A stretch of DNA of 64,000 nt from Alphaproteobacteria bacterium (GCA_004293935.1 RDZH01000013.1:66283-130282); one strand, 5' to 3'. Counted from the stretch's first letter, positions 25,365 to 36,591 are shown. A program made the numbers and translations. Notes: generated by a model from the sequence alone, not told the origin.

Positions 25365-28257
25365 CATACGCAATATTTTTGAACATATGATAGATTTGCG
25401 CCTGCAACCGCAATAATTTCTTATGCAGCAAGGTGAAACTTTTGATGGCGGTGGCGTGCGTCAAAAGCGTTTTGAGTCCTTCAGTAATATGCTCATTATG
25501 CAATTCTTTGCCATGGCATAGCCGCACATACATCATCACGGTGTGAAATAATTGATAGGATTCCAAAAGAATCATTTTATCCGCTTCTTTGATGATCCCT
25601 TGTTCATGCATCCATGTGATATGTTCTTCTGTGGTCATGCCATCACGGGGTAGATGATGCTGCAAGGAATGTTTGGCAAGCAATCCTTTAATAATCCACT
25701 GCACATCCATCATGCCACCCCAAACATGCTTAATATCCCATGGATTCGATGAATAATGCTGCTCACTGATTTTACGGCGTATTTCATGGATGTGTGAGGC
25801 GATCATCTGGGCAGGTTCGGGGATTTGATGGGCTTGATACAAAGCATCGCGCACCCGCGTTTCCATCCCTGCGGAGGCATAGATAATACGCGCCTGATAG
25901 AGTGCCATATTCTCCGCTAACCATGCTGACGCTGCGTAATATTCACGGAAACTTTCCAACTTCACCGCAAGCGAGCTTTGCGCGCCATAGGGGCGTAATT
26001 TGGCATCCATCACATAAAGCGTGCCGTATTTCGTAGGATGCGCTAATAAATGCATCAAACGTGTGGTGAAGCGGTTATAATAATGCGCATATTCCATGAC
26101 ATCCCCTTCAGAATCCGCCCCATGAGGGACATCATAGACGCACATAATGTCTAAATCTGAACCAAGCGTCAATTCATGCGTACCATGCTTGCCAAGAGCA
26201 ATACATGCGAATTCTAATGTGGGATAATGGGGATATTTCGGCAATAATTGCGCATGAACGATACGGATTGCAGCATGAATCATCACATCTGCAAGTTGGG
26301 TAAAATAACGCGATGCGTGCGTGGCAGAAATACGTTGCTCTAATAATGCCACCCCAATCAAGAATTCTTGCTCGATCTTAAATAGTAAAAAATTCTCAAT
26401 GATTTCATCGTCTGTGCGGGCATAATCCAACCATGAAAAAAGTTGCTCTTGCCAAAGTTCAGGCGTGAGATGCATCCCTTGTGATTGGGAACGCACCAGC
26501 ATATCCAATAGTTGCGGATAGGAGGTGAGCATATGCGCCAGAGGCGGAGCATTGCCCGTAATATCCGCAATCATACGTAATAAGGCGCGGTTACGTGCGA
26601 ATAAGGAAAAAGGTTGCACGCCCACAGGCAAGGCATCTAAAAACACATCAAAGCGTTTGAAGGCTTGATCGGGGTCAACAGTATCGGCAAGTTCGGATAA
26701 AATGGTGGGTACAAGCTCAGTGAGGATTTCACGGGCGCGCTTGGTACGCACACAGCGTTTATTACCCTTGTGCCATTGCTGAATCGCAAAAGATACGGCT
26801 TCGGGATGGTGATAACCCATATGGCGCAGCGTATGGAGCGTTTCCCCATCATGTTCTACCCCAGTAAAGACGAGTTTGCCATCCGATCCTAGGGGTGTTG
26901 CATCAGGGAAGGCACTCAGAAAAATCTCATGCACTGCCGTGAGGGCATCGAGTACTACATAAGAGAATTCCTCGTAGGACATATGGCAAAAACGCGCTAA
27001 TTGATGCAAGCCTTCTTCATTGTCAGGCAAGCTATGCGTTTGTTGATCGGCGCGCATCTGCAAACGATGCTCTACCATACGGAATAAGCGATATGCCTCG
27101 TGCAGCCGTGCATTGGTTGCTGCATCGATTAAGCCATGCTCCACCAATAATTCCAGCACGCTACAGGTTGGCTTGATGCGCAGGGCAGGAATGCGCCCCC
27201 CCCAAATAAGCTGATAGATTTGTGCTAAAAACTCGATCTCCCGAATCCCGCCATAGCCCGTTTTGATGTTATGCCCCAGCAAACTAATTTCAGGTTCTTC
27301 CGCTGCTTGCATTTGCCGTTTGATAGAAAGAATATCATCAATCGCGGCAAAATCAAGATGGTTGCGCCAGATAAAAGAGCGTATTTCCCCTAAGAAATTT
27401 TCTCCCAATGTGGCATCACCTGCAATCACGCGTGCTTTGATCATCGCAGCACGTTCCCAATTCTGCCCGACTTGTTCATAATAACGCAGTGCCGTATCAT
27501 ACGCCACCGCCAGCGAGTTTGATGCGGGATCGGGGCGAAGCCGTAAATCAACGCGAAAGACATAGCCTTCTTCTTGCCGATCTTGCACATAGGAGGTCAG
27601 TTGCTGCACAAGGCGCACGCAAAAACGATTGCGCGCAGGAGGGGCAAGAAAATCAAGTTTTTCAGGATCATAAAAAACAATAAGGTCAATATCGCTGGAA
27701 TAATTTAACTCCCTGCCACCAAGTTTACCCATGCCTAAAATCGCAATCCCGCTTTGCGCAGATAGATTCACCCCATCACGCACGAGCGTTTTAGGAAGCG
27801 CATGGCGATAGACTTGCTCCAGTGCATAGCCCACCACGGTTTGCGCAAATAGGCTCAGATGATGCGTCACGCGCACTATATCCCATTGTTCGGTAATATC
27901 CGCAAGCGCGATCATAAGAGAGCATTGCTGCTTGGCAATGCGTACCTTCTTATGCCCCGCACTAATCGGAATCATTTCGGTTTGCTGCACACAGAGCGTA
28001 TCATAGAGATGCTGCACATAGGATTCTGCATTGCCTGATAAAAAAGCTGCAAAAGTCGCGGGTTGCAGTTCCATCAACCGTAATAAATAGCGCGAATGAT
28101 GTGCGACAAAATGTACCAGCCTTTGCACGCCTGCATCATCAAGATACGGTGCAAGCGGATGTGCTGCTCCCTCAAGCCTCCATGCATCAAGCATATGCTG
28201 TGCTGCCTCATGGGGGGGAACATCAAGAAAGGCGCAATCACCTACCGCGCTGTGCAT
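25360..28257 (-). CDS. glnE: Bifunctional glutamine synthetase adenylyltransferase/adenylyl-removing enzyme
   Basis: 965 aa with two nucleotidyltransferase halves (GKLGGRELNYSSDIDL and GKHGTHELTLGSDLDI). Confidence 0.93.
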   Translation of the reverse strand: MHSAVGDCAFLDVPPHEAAQHMLDAWRLEGAAHPLAPYLDDAGVQRLVHFVAHHSRYLLRLMELQPATFAAFLSGNAESYVQHLYDTLCVQQTEMIPISAGHKKVRIAKQQCSLMIALADITEQWDIVRVTHHLSLFAQTVVGYALEQVYRHALPKTLVRDGVNLSAQSGIAILGMGKLGGRELNYSSDIDLIVFYDPEKLDFLAPPARNRFCVRLVQQLTSYVQDRQEEGYVFRVDLRLRPDPASNSLAVAYDTALRYYEQVGQNWERAAMIKARVIAGDATLGENFLGEIRSFIWRNHLDFAAIDDILSIKRQMQAAEEPEISLLGHNIKTGYGGIREIEFLAQIYQLIWGGRIPALRIKPTCSVLELLVEHGLIDAATNARLHEAYRLFRMVEHRLQMRADQQTHSLPDNEEGLHQLARFCHMSYEEFSYVVLDALTAVHEIFLSAFPDATPLGSDGKLVFTGVEHDGETLHTLRHMGYHHPEAVSFAIQQWHKGNKRCVRTKRAREILTELVPTILSELADTVDPDQAFKRFDVFLDALPVGVQPFSLFARNRALLRMIADITGNAPPLAHMLTSYPQLLDMLVRSQSQGMHLTPELWQEQLFSWLDYARTDDEIIENFLLFKIEQEFLIGVALLEQRISATHASRYFTQLADVMIHAAIRIVHAQLLPKYPHYPTLEFACIALGKHGTHELTLGSDLDIMCVYDVPHGADSEGDVMEYAHYYNRFTTRLMHLLAHPTKYGTLYVMDAKLRPYGAQSSLAVKLESFREYYAASAWLAENMALYQARIIYASAGMETRVRDALYQAHQIPEPAQMIASHIHEIRRKISEQHYSSNPWDIKHVWGGMMDVQWIIKGLLAKHSLQHHLPRDGMTTEEHITWMHEQGIIKEADKMILLESYQLFHTVMMYVRLCHGKELHNEHITEGLKTLLTHATAIKSFTLLHKKLLRLQAQIYHMFKNIAYV

Positions 28258-28258
28258 C

Positions 28259-29722
28259 TTATTCTGCTAATTTGGTTTTGAGCAGATCATTCACCATTTG
28301 TGGATTAGCTTTGCCACCACTTGCTTTCATCGCTTGCCCAACAAAAAATGCGAATAATTTATCTTTGCCCGCACGATATTCCGCCACCTTATCAGGGTTT
28401 GCAGCAATGATCTCATCCAACATACGCTCAATCGCGCCTGTATCGGTGACTTGCTTTAAGCCTTCTTCATCGACAATCACTGCTGCTTCTTTGCCCGACT
28501 CCATCATTTTATCCAATACTTCTTTGGCGATTTTACCCGAAATAATATTATTCTCAATCAAGGTAATCAAGCCAGCAAATGAAGATGCATGGATAGGCGA
28601 TTGCGTTAGGTTTAACCCCAATTTATTCAACCGTCCGAATAATTCACCGGTGAGCCAGTTTGCTGCAAGGCGTGGGTCGCATAGGGTAACAAGTTGCTCA
28701 TAATAGAATGCCCATTCCTTATCCGACACAATCACGGAAGCATCATACGCCGACAAGCCATAATCACGCACATAGCGTTGCTTTTTCGCATCAGGCAATT
28801 CAGGAAGTGAGGCTTTAATTTGTGCCAATAACTCATCAGAAATCACCAACGGCAACAGATCAGGATCAGGGAAATAGCGATAATCATGCGCATCTTCTTT
28901 TGAGCGCATGGTGCGTGTTTCATTCAGATTGGCATCATAAAGGCGTGTTTCTTGATCCACCACCTGCCCAGATTCCAGCAAAGCTACTTGACGCTCTGCT
29001 TCATATTGGATGGCTTTCATGACATAACGCATGGAATTGACGTTCTTAATTTCGCAGCGCGTTCCAAGCTCCGTAGCCCCACGACGGCGCACGGATACGT
29101 TCGCATCGCAGCGCATTTCGCCTTTTTCCATATCCCCGCCGCATGTGCCAAGATAGCGCACAATCGCACGCAGTTTTTTCACATATGCTCCCGCTTCTTC
29201 AGGCGTACGCAAATCAGGCTCAGATACGATCTCCATTAAGGCAATGCCCGATCGGTTCAGATCAATAAAGCTATCGGTAGGGCTGTGATCATGCAATGAT
29301 TTCCCAGCATCTTGCTCTAGGTGCAAGCGCGTAATGCCAATTTCACGCGTGCTACCATCATCCAATTCAATCACCAAACGCCCTTTACCGACAATCGGGT
29401 CAAGATATTGTGAAATCTGATAACCTTGTGGCAAATCAGGATAAAAATAATTTTTGCGATCAAATACCGATCGTTGATGAATCTCTGCTTCTAGCCCCAA
29501 GCCTGTGCGCACCGCTTGTTCCACGCACACACGGTTGATCACGGGTAACATCCCCGGCAATGCGGCATCGACCAGCGACACATGATGATTCGGCTCTGCC
29601 CCAAAATCCGTAGGGGAAGAAGAAAATAATTTGGTATTGGAGGCAATTTGCGCATGGACTTCAAGCCCGATCACCATTTCCCATTCACCTGTATTGCCTT
29701 GAATAATCCCTGCTTGCGTCAT
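28259..29722 (-). CDS. gatB: Asp/Glu-tRNA amidotransferase subunit B
   Basis: 487 aa. It starts [12 protein letters not shown], continues with the GatB core, and ends with a YqeY-like tail. One nucleotide separates its stop from the glnE start. Confidence 0.95.
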   Translation of the reverse strand: MTQAGIIQGNTGEWEMVIGLEVHAQIASNTKLFSSSPTDFGAEPNHHVSLVDAALPGMLPVINRVCVEQAVRTGLGLEAEIHQRSVFDRKNYFYPDLPQGYQISQYLDPIVGKGRLVIELDDGSTREIGITRLHLEQDAGKSLHDHSPTDSFIDLNRSGIALMEIVSEPDLRTPEEAGAYVKKLRAIVRYLGTCGGDMEKGEMRCDANVSVRRRGATELGTRCEIKNVNSMRYVMKAIQYEAERQVALLESGQVVDQETRLYDANLNETRTMRSKEDAHDYRYFPDPDLLPLVISDELLAQIKASLPELPDAKKQRYVRDYGLSAYDASVIVSDKEWAFYYEQLVTLCDPRLAANWLTGELFGRLNKLGLNLTQSPIHASSFAGLITLIENNIISGKIAKEVLDKMMESGKEAAVIVDEEGLKQVTDTGAIERMLDEIIAANPDKVAEYRAGKDKLFAFFVGQAMKASGGKANPQMVNDLLKTKLAE

Positions 29723-29788
29723 CGTACAACCCTTGATAATAATGAACTATAGAAATAACCGATCTTGTTATAAAATGCTAGGTTTTTT

Positions 29789-29932
29789 GTATATAGCGCG
29801 TCACGATAGGTTAGTTACGTTATATATAAGCGTACCTATCGTGAGTTCGCGCTATATACATATAAGCTAGTGCCACGAATTTTCGATAGGCGTGTTCTTG
29901 AAAAAGAACCAACCTATCGAAACGTGCTATAG
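29789..29932 (+). repeat. Family B nested palindromic repeat, copy B1
   Basis: Arm pair 1 is gtatatagcgcgtcacgataggt with acctatcgtgagttcgcgctatatac. Arm pair 2 is cacgaattttcgatagg with cctatcgaaacgtg, around the centre gttcttgaaaaagaac. Confidence 0.8.
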
Positions 29933-30103
29933 ATGGAATAGTTATATGTTATCATATTGTGCAGCAAATAACACCGTGCTGCACAAAAATACTAAAAAAA
30001 ACCCTTTGTCTTAATCTAAAATTTACACTCGCTTGTTATTTCTTGTAGGGTGCTATCACATGCTGCGCACTAACCAATGCAGCGTAACCAAGGAGAAGAT
30101 ACT

Positions 30104-31396
30104 ATGTCCGAAAAAGCTACGATTACGATTGGGGATAAAAGCTATCAGATGCCCATGAAGCACGGCACTGAGGGGCCATCCACCATTGATATTAGCAGCC
30201 TCTATAAAGAATCAGGATGCTTTACCTATGATGCGGGATTTTTATCTACGGCATCGTGTGAATCCAGCATCACCTACATTGACGGTGAAGAAGGTATATT
30301 GCGTTATCGTGGTTATGATATTGATACGCTTGCTGAAAAATGCACCTTTCTCGATGTATCCTATCTGTTAATCTATGGTGAATTGCCTACCCCAGAACAA
30401 CAAGCATGGTTCAACCGTACCATCACCTATCATACGATGGTGCATGAGCAATTACAATTTTTATTCCGTGGCTTTCCACGTCGCTCTCACCCTATGGCAG
30501 TGATGGTAGGATCGGTCGGCGCGCTCTCTGCATTCTACCATGATAGCTTAGATATATATGCAGAAGATGAGCGTGAATTGGCGATTTTCCGTATGATAGG
30601 TAAAATCCCCACACTTGGTGCGATGACGTATAAATACGCTATCGGGCAGCCATTCATGTATCCTAATAATGAATTATCCTATGCAGGAAATTTCTTGCAT
30701 ATGATGTTTGCTAATCCGTGTGAGAAATATAAAGTCAATCCTGTGGTGGAACGTGCGATTGATAAATTATTCATTCTTCATGCTGATCATGAGCAGAATG
30801 CATCCACCTCAACAGTACGCTTGGCAGGTTCATCGGGTGCTAACCCATTTGCATGTTTGGCAGCAGGTGTCGCATCTTTGTGGGGGCCAGCACATGGTGG
30901 CGCGAATGAGGCTGTGTTGAATATGCTGGAAGAAATAGGTCATAAAAGCCGTATTCCTGAGTTCATTAAACGTGCGAAAGATAAGGATGATCCGTTCCGC
31001 TTGATGGGCTTTGGGCATCGTGTGTATAAAAACTTTGATCCGCGTGCAAGCGTCTTGCGCAAAACATGCAGAGAAGTCCTTGAATCATTGGGTATTAAAG
31101 ATGAACCATTGCTTGATATTGCAATGGAACTTGAGCGCATTGCACTGGAAGATGAGTATTTTGTGGATCGTAAACTTTATCCCAATGTCGATTTTTATTC
31201 GGGTATCATTTATCGCGCTTTGGGCATTCCAACCAATATGTTCACCGTGATGTTTGCTATTGCACGTACAGCGGGTTGGGTAGCGCAATGGAAAGAGATG
31301 ATTGAAGATCCTAAGCAAAAAATTGGTCGTCCTCGTCAGCTCTATACGGGTGCAAATGCGCGTTCATTTCCAACCAGCTATAAAGAAGTTGCGTAA
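30104..31396 (+). CDS. gltA: Citrate synthase
   Basis: ATG at 30104 is preceded by AAGGAG. The signature [13 protein letters not shown] is present. Confidence 0.95.
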   Translation: MSEKATITIGDKSYQMPMKHGTEGPSTIDISSLYKESGCFTYDAGFLSTASCESSITYIDGEEGILRYRGYDIDTLAEKCTFLDVSYLLIYGELPTPEQQAWFNRTITYHTMVHEQLQFLFRGFPRRSHPMAVMVGSVGALSAFYHDSLDIYAEDERELAIFRMIGKIPTLGAMTYKYAIGQPFMYPNNELSYAGNFLHMMFANPCEKYKVNPVVERAIDKLFILHADHEQNASTSTVRLAGSSGANPFACLAAGVASLWGPAHGGANEAVLNMLEEIGHKSRIPEFIKRAKDKDDPFRLMGFGHRVYKNFDPRASVLRKTCREVLESLGIKDEPLLDIAMELERIALEDEYFVDRKLYPNVDFYSGIIYRALGIPTNMFTVMFAIARTAGWVAQWKEMIEDPKQKIGRPRQLYTGANARSFPTSYKEVA

Positions 31397-31406
31397 AGTC
31401 CTTGAA

Positions 31407-31452
31407 TAGTGCTTTGACATAAAAATGAAGAATTTTTTAGTCAAAGCACTAT
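31407..31452. repeat. Family C-like hairpin (variant C5) just after the gltA stop; possible terminator
   Basis: atagtgctttgac, then ataaaaatgaagaatttttta, then gtcaaagcactat. Confidence 0.6.
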
Positions 31453-31518
31453 CTAACCGTACATGATCCATGTTTTGATCTTGGCAGATGCAATCATTTG
31501 TGCTAAATACACCCTATT

Positions 31519-32466
31519 ATGGCACTTGTACGTTATCTTCCTACACAAACTAATTTTCGTTTTATGGCGTATAACCGCATCATTGCGGTGATAACCGCTC
31601 TTTATGTTGTCGGTTTTATTGGCTGGATTGCCCTGCATGGGTTGAATCTGGGGATTGATTTTGAAGGTGGGTTGCTGATGGAAGTGCAATCAGAGCGCGC
31701 TATTGATCTAGCGGGAGTGCGTGCCGCCTTTGATTCTGAATCCTATGGTGATGTGAGTGTGCAGCATTTTGGTGCAGATAATGAATTATTGCTACGGCTT
31801 GGCACGGCCACAAACACGGATAGTGCGGCATTCACGCAACAAGTACAACAAGTGCTGCGTGCGCAATTAGGGGATGATATTGTCTTTCGCCGTGTTGATT
31901 ATGTCGGATCGGTGGTGGGCAATGAAATGCTTATGGATGGGATTTATGCGTTGCTGTTAGCATTTGCAGGCATGGTGATGTATATTTGGTTTCGGTTTGA
32001 ATGGCAATTTGCGCTGGGTGGATTGCTTGCCTTGATGCATGATACGTTATTTATCTTAGGTTTTTATGCGCTAACAGGTATGGAATTTGGGCTTACGGCG
32101 GTGGCAGCGATTCTTACAGTCATCGGCTATTCGATCAATGATTCCGTGGTGATTTTTGATAGGGTGCGTGAAAATATGCGCATTCATAGCAGCCGTCCGT
32201 TGCATGAATTAATTGATATGAGTTTGAATCAGACATTGTCGCGTACCATCCTCACGGGGATGACAACCCTTCTTGCAGCGACAGCTCTTGCCGTGTTTGG
32301 TGGGGCTGTCATTGAAGGATTTGCGTGGGCGTTAGTGGTCGGCGTGATGGTGGGAACATATTCATCTGTGTATATTGGTTCACCCGTGTTGCTATGCTTC
32401 CGTTTGTCCGTGAAAGCATTTGCTGAGGAAGATGCACGGGAGCATATGCGCCATCCTACGGCATAA
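31519..32466 (+). CDS. secF: Protein translocase subunit SecF
   Basis: 315 aa with a SecF TM pattern and IDFEGG plus GYSINDSVVIFDRVREN. No secD gene is adjacent. Confidence 0.92.
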   Translation: MALVRYLPTQTNFRFMAYNRIIAVITALYVVGFIGWIALHGLNLGIDFEGGLLMEVQSERAIDLAGVRAAFDSESYGDVSVQHFGADNELLLRLGTATNTDSAAFTQQVQQVLRAQLGDDIVFRRVDYVGSVVGNEMLMDGIYALLLAFAGMVMYIWFRFEWQFALGGLLALMHDTLFILGFYALTGMEFGLTAVAAILTVIGYSINDSVVIFDRVRENMRIHSSRPLHELIDMSLNQTLSRTILTGMTTLLAATALAVFGGAVIEGFAWALVVGVMVGTYSSVYIGSPVLLCFRLSVKAFAEEDAREHMRHPTA

Positions 32467-32481
32467 TCAAAGGGGGGTAAG

Positions 32482-33426
32482 TTGCACGTATTTCGTCATT
32501 ATCCTCACACCCCTCAGATGTTGAGGGGATCAGTGTTGGCTATAGGTAATTTTGATGGAATGCATCAAGGGCATCGCATGATTATCGATCAGGCGAAGGC
32601 GTGTGCGCAAAAATTGTGCGCGCCGTTGGTGGTGATGACCTTTCACCCGCATCCACGACGTTTTTTCTCGAAAGCAACATCGAATTTGGCGATTGAGCAT
32701 GTGCATCAACGCTTGCGGCATGTGCGTGATTTAGGGGTCGATGGGGTGTATCTTGCGCCATTCAATCAACGATTGGCATCGATGGAAGCAGAAGATTTTA
32801 TCACAACCATTCTCGTGCAGCATTTGCGCGTGCGCCATATTATGGTGGGGGAAGATTTCTGCTTTGGGCGTGGACGACGAGGAACGGCTGCGTTACTCAA
32901 AGAATATGCAGCGCATCATGGCTTTGATGTGACGTGTTTTGCGCCGTTGATGCAGCATGATCATATTATTTCATCTTCACTGATTCGACGTTATCTCACC
33001 GAAGGGGCGTTGGATAAGGTGATGGATTTACTCGGTCGCCCCTATGAAATCATAGGACGTGTGCAGCATGGTACGCGCATAGCAGGGCAGCAACTTGGAA
33101 CGCCAACCGCCAATATTGCCCTATATGGCTTGCATGTGCCACGTTATGGAGTCTATGCCATTCGCTATGCGCACCACGATAGCCCAACGCAATGGCATGA
33201 TGGGGTGGCGAATCTTGGCGTTAGCCCAACGTTTGGAGGGATGATAACGCCACGTCTGGAAGTGCATAGTTTTTCAGATATGGGCGATGCCTATGGCGCG
33301 TTGTTGCGCGTGCGTCTTTATGAACATATACGGGATGAAAAATATTTTTCTTCACCAACAGCGTTAAAAGAGCAGATCGTGCGGGATGTAGAAATAGCGA
33401 AAGCATCACTTGCACAGCTATTATAG
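32482..33426 (+). CDS. ribF: Bifunctional riboflavin kinase/FAD synthetase
   Basis: 314 aa with GNFDGMHQGH. The C-terminal riboflavin kinase half has the motif TPTANI. Confidence 0.93.
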   Translation: MHVFRHYPHTPQMLRGSVLAIGNFDGMHQGHRMIIDQAKACAQKLCAPLVVMTFHPHPRRFFSKATSNLAIEHVHQRLRHVRDLGVDGVYLAPFNQRLASMEAEDFITTILVQHLRVRHIMVGEDFCFGRGRRGTAALLKEYAAHHGFDVTCFAPLMQHDHIISSSLIRRYLTEGALDKVMDLLGRPYEIIGRVQHGTRIAGQQLGTPTANIALYGLHVPRYGVYAIRYAHHDSPTQWHDGVANLGVSPTFGGMITPRLEVHSFSDMGDAYGALLRVRLYEHIRDEKYFSSPTALKEQIVRDVEIAKASLAQLL

Positions 33427-33502
33427 TCGTTTGACTAAAAAATGACTCATTTTTTATGTCAAGTGCGACTATAACACTATGATTTATAGTGGCAGCACTA
33501 TA
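33421..33502 (+). repeat. Family C composite palindromic repeat, copy C2
   Basis: Reads tatagtcgtttgactaaaaaatgactcattttttatgtcaagtgcgactataacactatgatttatagtg. Its first arm contains the ribF stop codon. Confidence 0.85.
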
Positions 33503-33582
33503 GATGCAATTTTTTCTTGCATTATGGAAGGAAACCTATTAAATAACCTATCTTAAATTTATAAAAAAAATAGGCAAAAATT

Positions 33583-34032
33583 ATGGACGTTATCTTATTA
33601 GAACATGTAGCACGCCTTGGTGCTGTGGGTGATGTTGTTGGTGTGAAAGGTGGCTATGGGCGCAATTTCTTGATTCCACAAGGAAAAGCATTGCGCGCCA
33701 CAAAAAAGAATGTCGAGGATTTTGCCGCGAGAAAAGAAGCATTATTGAAGCAAAATGCTGAATTGCGCGCTGCGGCAGAAAAAAATGCCGCTACTCTTGG
33801 TGACTTGGCAGTGAAAATTGTGCGTCAAGCAAGTGAAGATGGTCGTTTATTTGGATCAGTGGGTGTTCGTGATGTGGTTGCTGCATTGGTGCAGGGTGGG
33901 CATGTATTTGACCGCACGCAAGTAGATTTGGATGGTGTGGTGAAATCATTGGGTGTGTTCCATGCAACGATCCGCTTGCACCCTGAAGTGCGCATTAAAT
34001 GCCGTATTGATGTAGTGCGTAATGCGGACTAA
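33583..34032 (+). CDS. rplI: 50S ribosomal protein L9
   Basis: 149 aa starting MDVILLEHVARLGAVGDVVGVKGGYGRNFLIPQGKA. Confidence 0.95.
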   Translation: MDVILLEHVARLGAVGDVVGVKGGYGRNFLIPQGKALRATKKNVEDFAARKEALLKQNAELRAAAEKNAATLGDLAVKIVRQASEDGRLFGSVGVRDVVAALVQGGHVFDRTQVDLDGVVKSLGVFHATIRLHPEVRIKCRIDVVRNAD

Positions 34033-34073
34033 AAGATTCATGAGGCTTTGATAAAAAGCAAGCATACCAAAAA

Positions 34074-34107
34074 ACGCCATAGATTTTATTTCTATGGCGT
34101 TTTTTTG
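34074..34107 (+). terminator. Rho-independent terminator after rplI
   Basis: 10-bp stem of acgccataga (34074-34083) with tctatggcgt (34091-34100), followed by TTTTTT. An A-run precedes it, so it may act in both directions. Confidence 0.8.
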
Positions 34108-34108
34108 T

Positions 34109-34212
34109 AGAGAGTTCTGTATAATTTTTAGTTTTTGTCATACCCGCTTAAGAAGGGTATCTATAAAATTTTGTTTTTGCTGGATTCCTGCTTGCGCAGG
34201 AATGACGAATGT
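34109..34212 (+). repeat. Family A palindromic repeat, copy A4
   Basis: Reads gagagttctgtataatt...gtcatacccgcttaagaagggtatc...ggattcctgcttgcgcaggaatgacgaatgtgt. Confidence 0.8.
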
Positions 34213-34218
34213 GTAAAT

Positions 34219-34728
34219 TTATTGCGCTTTATTCTCAATAAATATCTCTACGCGACGATTGCGTGGTTCTTTGACATTATCATCTGTCGCAACGGCAAGA
34301 TCGCTCTCACCAAACGCGAAGATTTGCATCATCTGATAGGGTAGACCGAATTGTTCCAGCATCGCCCGAACGCGTTGGGCGCGACGTTCCGAAAGCCGTA
34401 AATTATACTCATCTGATCCCGAGCTATCCGTATGCCCATTGAGCATGATCTGTTGTGGTTGTGCCACATGCTGTTGTTTAATGGTTGTCGCGATTTCTTT
34501 GAGTTGCTGCTCTCCCGTGGCATCCAACAAAGCGCGATCCCAATCAAAATAGAGCTGGTAGGAATTAGGGATGACCTGCTCTTTTGGTATGGGAGCAGGG
34601 GCAGGGGCAGGGGGGGGAGGTACGGTTGAGGTGGAAGAAATAGAAGTAGAAGTAGTGCTGCTGCACGCGCCTAACATCAGCACCATACAGCATAGTCCCC
34701 AAGGGGCGAACATTGATTTTTTACTCAT
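34219..34728 (-). CDS. pal: Peptidoglycan-associated lipoprotein (OmpA-family, Pal-like)
   Basis: 169 aa with the lipobox LGAC, a Pro/Ala linker, and the OmpA-like motif NGHTDSSGSDEYNLRLSERRA. Confidence 0.85.
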   Translation of the reverse strand: MSKKSMFAPWGLCCMVLMLGACSSTTSTSISSTSTVPPPPAPAPAPIPKEQVIPNSYQLYFDWDRALLDATGEQQLKEIATTIKQQHVAQPQQIMLNGHTDSSGSDEYNLRLSERRAQRVRAMLEQFGLPYQMMQIFAFGESDLAVATDDNVKEPRNRRVEIFIENKAQ

Positions 34729-34863
34729 AAGCCTTATCTATAGAAGCCCATAAGCGATTTGCTAGAAAAATATGCATTATGTGCGATAATGCTTGCTTTT
34801 TTTTCGTAACTGGGCTAACGAGCAACCATACGAATAGTTTTATTTTTTACAGCGAGAACATTT

Positions 34864-35283
34864 ATGAAAGAACGTACTTTTTCGATTATCAAGCCTGATG
34901 CAACGCAGCGCAACCTCACAGGCAAAATCAATGCTTTTCTTGAGGAGCATGGATTCCGCATTATTGCACAAAAACGCATACATTTGAGCCGTCGTGAAGC
35001 ATCGCAATTTTATGCAGTGCATAAAGACCGTCCTTTCTTTGGTGAATTGGTAGAATATATGGTGTCTCAGCCTGTGGTCGTGCAGGTTCTTGAGGCAGAT
35101 GATGCGGTAACAAAATACCGTGAAGTGATGGGCGCAACGAATCCTAAAGATGCGACCGATGGTACGATCCGTAAATTGTTCGGTGAATCTATCGAGCGTA
35201 ATTCTGTGCATGGATCAGACAGCAAAGAAAATGCAGCGATTGAAATTGCATTCTTCTTTAGCGGTACAGAAATCGTAGGTTAA
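34864..35283 (+). CDS. ndk: Nucleoside diphosphate kinase
   Basis: 139 aa. It starts [11 protein letters not shown] and has the active-site motif NSVHGSDS. Confidence 0.96.
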   Translation: MKERTFSIIKPDATQRNLTGKINAFLEEHGFRIIAQKRIHLSRREASQFYAVHKDRPFFGELVEYMVSQPVVVQVLEADDAVTKYREVMGATNPKDATDGTIRKLFGESIERNSVHGSDSKENAAIEIAFFFSGTEIVG

Positions 35284-35364
35284 TCCTATTAATTTCATAG
35301 AATTGTTGCGATAGAGCGCGTTTCATAGAGTTAGTTGCACTAAACTTTATGACTCGCGCTCTCA

Positions 35365-36591
35365 TTGCTTGCATGTGCTGGTATTTTATCCTACGGTAGA
35401 GCCATGAATGGAATCTATAATCTATGCTGCGCTTCAACATGGCGCGGTCGTCGTTATTTGGTGTCGCCCTTGGTAGATATGATGTTTGCTGGTGGGGCAG
35501 CGTTTGTGATTGTCCCGTTATTATTTTGGATGTTTCCGTTGGATGCGAACGGCGCATCAGGCTATATGCAGGTCTATATTGCATCTGTGGCGTTTGCATT
35601 CCTTGCCCATATTGTGAATCATCCGCACTTTATGGCATCCTATTATTTGATGTATGATGATTTTAAGAACAAGATTGCCATGCATCGGCTCGAACGCTCC
35701 CATATGGCGTGGCGTTATCTGTTTGCAGGGGTGATCGTCCCCGTGGTCTTAATCGGATATTTGATCTATGCCTTCGTTGCGCAAGATAATGATATTTTCG
35801 CATGGGGTGTATATGTTCTGTTCTTTACCGTGGGATGGCATTATTGTAAGCAGGCTTTTGGGGTGATGTTGGTGCTTTCTGCCCTTAAAGGAGTCTATTA
35901 TGGACGCTTGACGCGACGCATTTTGTGGATTAATGCGATGTTGGTGTGGTTCAAAACATGGTTGGGGGGCAATCTGTATGTGCCTAATGTGGTGTACCAA
36001 CCGATGAATTATCAGGGTGTGTCCTTTAACAATTTGCAGATTCATATCACGCCCATGATGATGGATGTTTTGAATGGCTTTTTATGGCTCTATGGGGGGC
36101 TTTCGCTGCTTCTTGTGGTATATGTTGCGATCAAGCAACGCATAAGACCGTCTTTGTGCGCGCTGCTGGGTTATTCCTCAATGTACAGCCTGTTGCTTTT
36201 TTCCTATTATCACCCGCTATGGGCATATATGACACCATTCTTTCATTCAGGGCAGTATTTGCTGTTTGTGATAGCCTATAAACGCGGGGAACATCACCAT
36301 CATATCCACCATCTCCATATGCCCATAGAACAAAGCCGTGATCAGATGAAACGCTTTGTGGGGGTGTGTTTTATTATGGGGCTATTATCCTTTAAGGGAA
36401 TCCCTGGGACAATGGAATGGCTAACGGATAGCCATGCCTTGCGCGCCGTTGGTATTATGCTGCCGTTCATCTATGCATTCGACATTTTTATCAATGTGCA
36501 TCACTATTTTATTGATAACGTGCTGTGGCGCAAAGATAACCCTAAAGTAGGGCGTTATCTTTTTTATAAAACGACAACGCCATCTTCCTGA
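35365..36591 (+). CDS. Polytopic membrane protein with conserved His motifs (unknown function)
   Basis: 408-aa ORF with many hydrophobic helices. Motifs are [30 protein letters not shown] and [13 protein letters not shown]. The exact start is uncertain. Its 3' end overlaps purM convergently by 28 nt. Confidence 0.6.
   Translation: MLACAGILSYGRAMNGIYNLCCASTWRGRRYLVSPLVDMMFAGGAAFVIVPLLFWMFPLDANGASGYMQVYIASVAFAFLAHIVNHPHFMASYYLMYDDFKNKIAMHRLERSHMAWRYLFAGVIVPVVLIGYLIYAFVAQDNDIFAWGVYVLFFTVGWHYCKQAFGVMLVLSALKGVYYGRLTRRILWINAMLVWFKTWLGGNLYVPNVVYQPMNYQGVSFNNLQIHITPMMMDVLNGFLWLYGGLSLLLVVYVAIKQRIRPSLCALLGYSSMYSLLLFSYYHPLWAYMTPFFHSGQYLLFVIAYKRGEHHHHIHHLHMPIEQSRDQMKRFVGVCFIMGLLSFKGIPGTMEWLTDSHALRAVGIMLPFIYAFDIFINVHHYFIDNVLWRKDNPKVGRYLFYKTTTPSS

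Noticed and set aside
18907-34617. Homopolymeric G8/C8 tracts inside coding regions as phase-variation switches (18907-18914 in the vWA gene, 27196-27203 in glnE, 34610-34617 in pal)
   Set aside because: All three are in frame in intact ORFs. Two of the genes (glnE, pal) are housekeeping genes for which on/off switching is implausible. The pal tract simply encodes a Pro run. Without population or read-level data there is no evidence of length variation.
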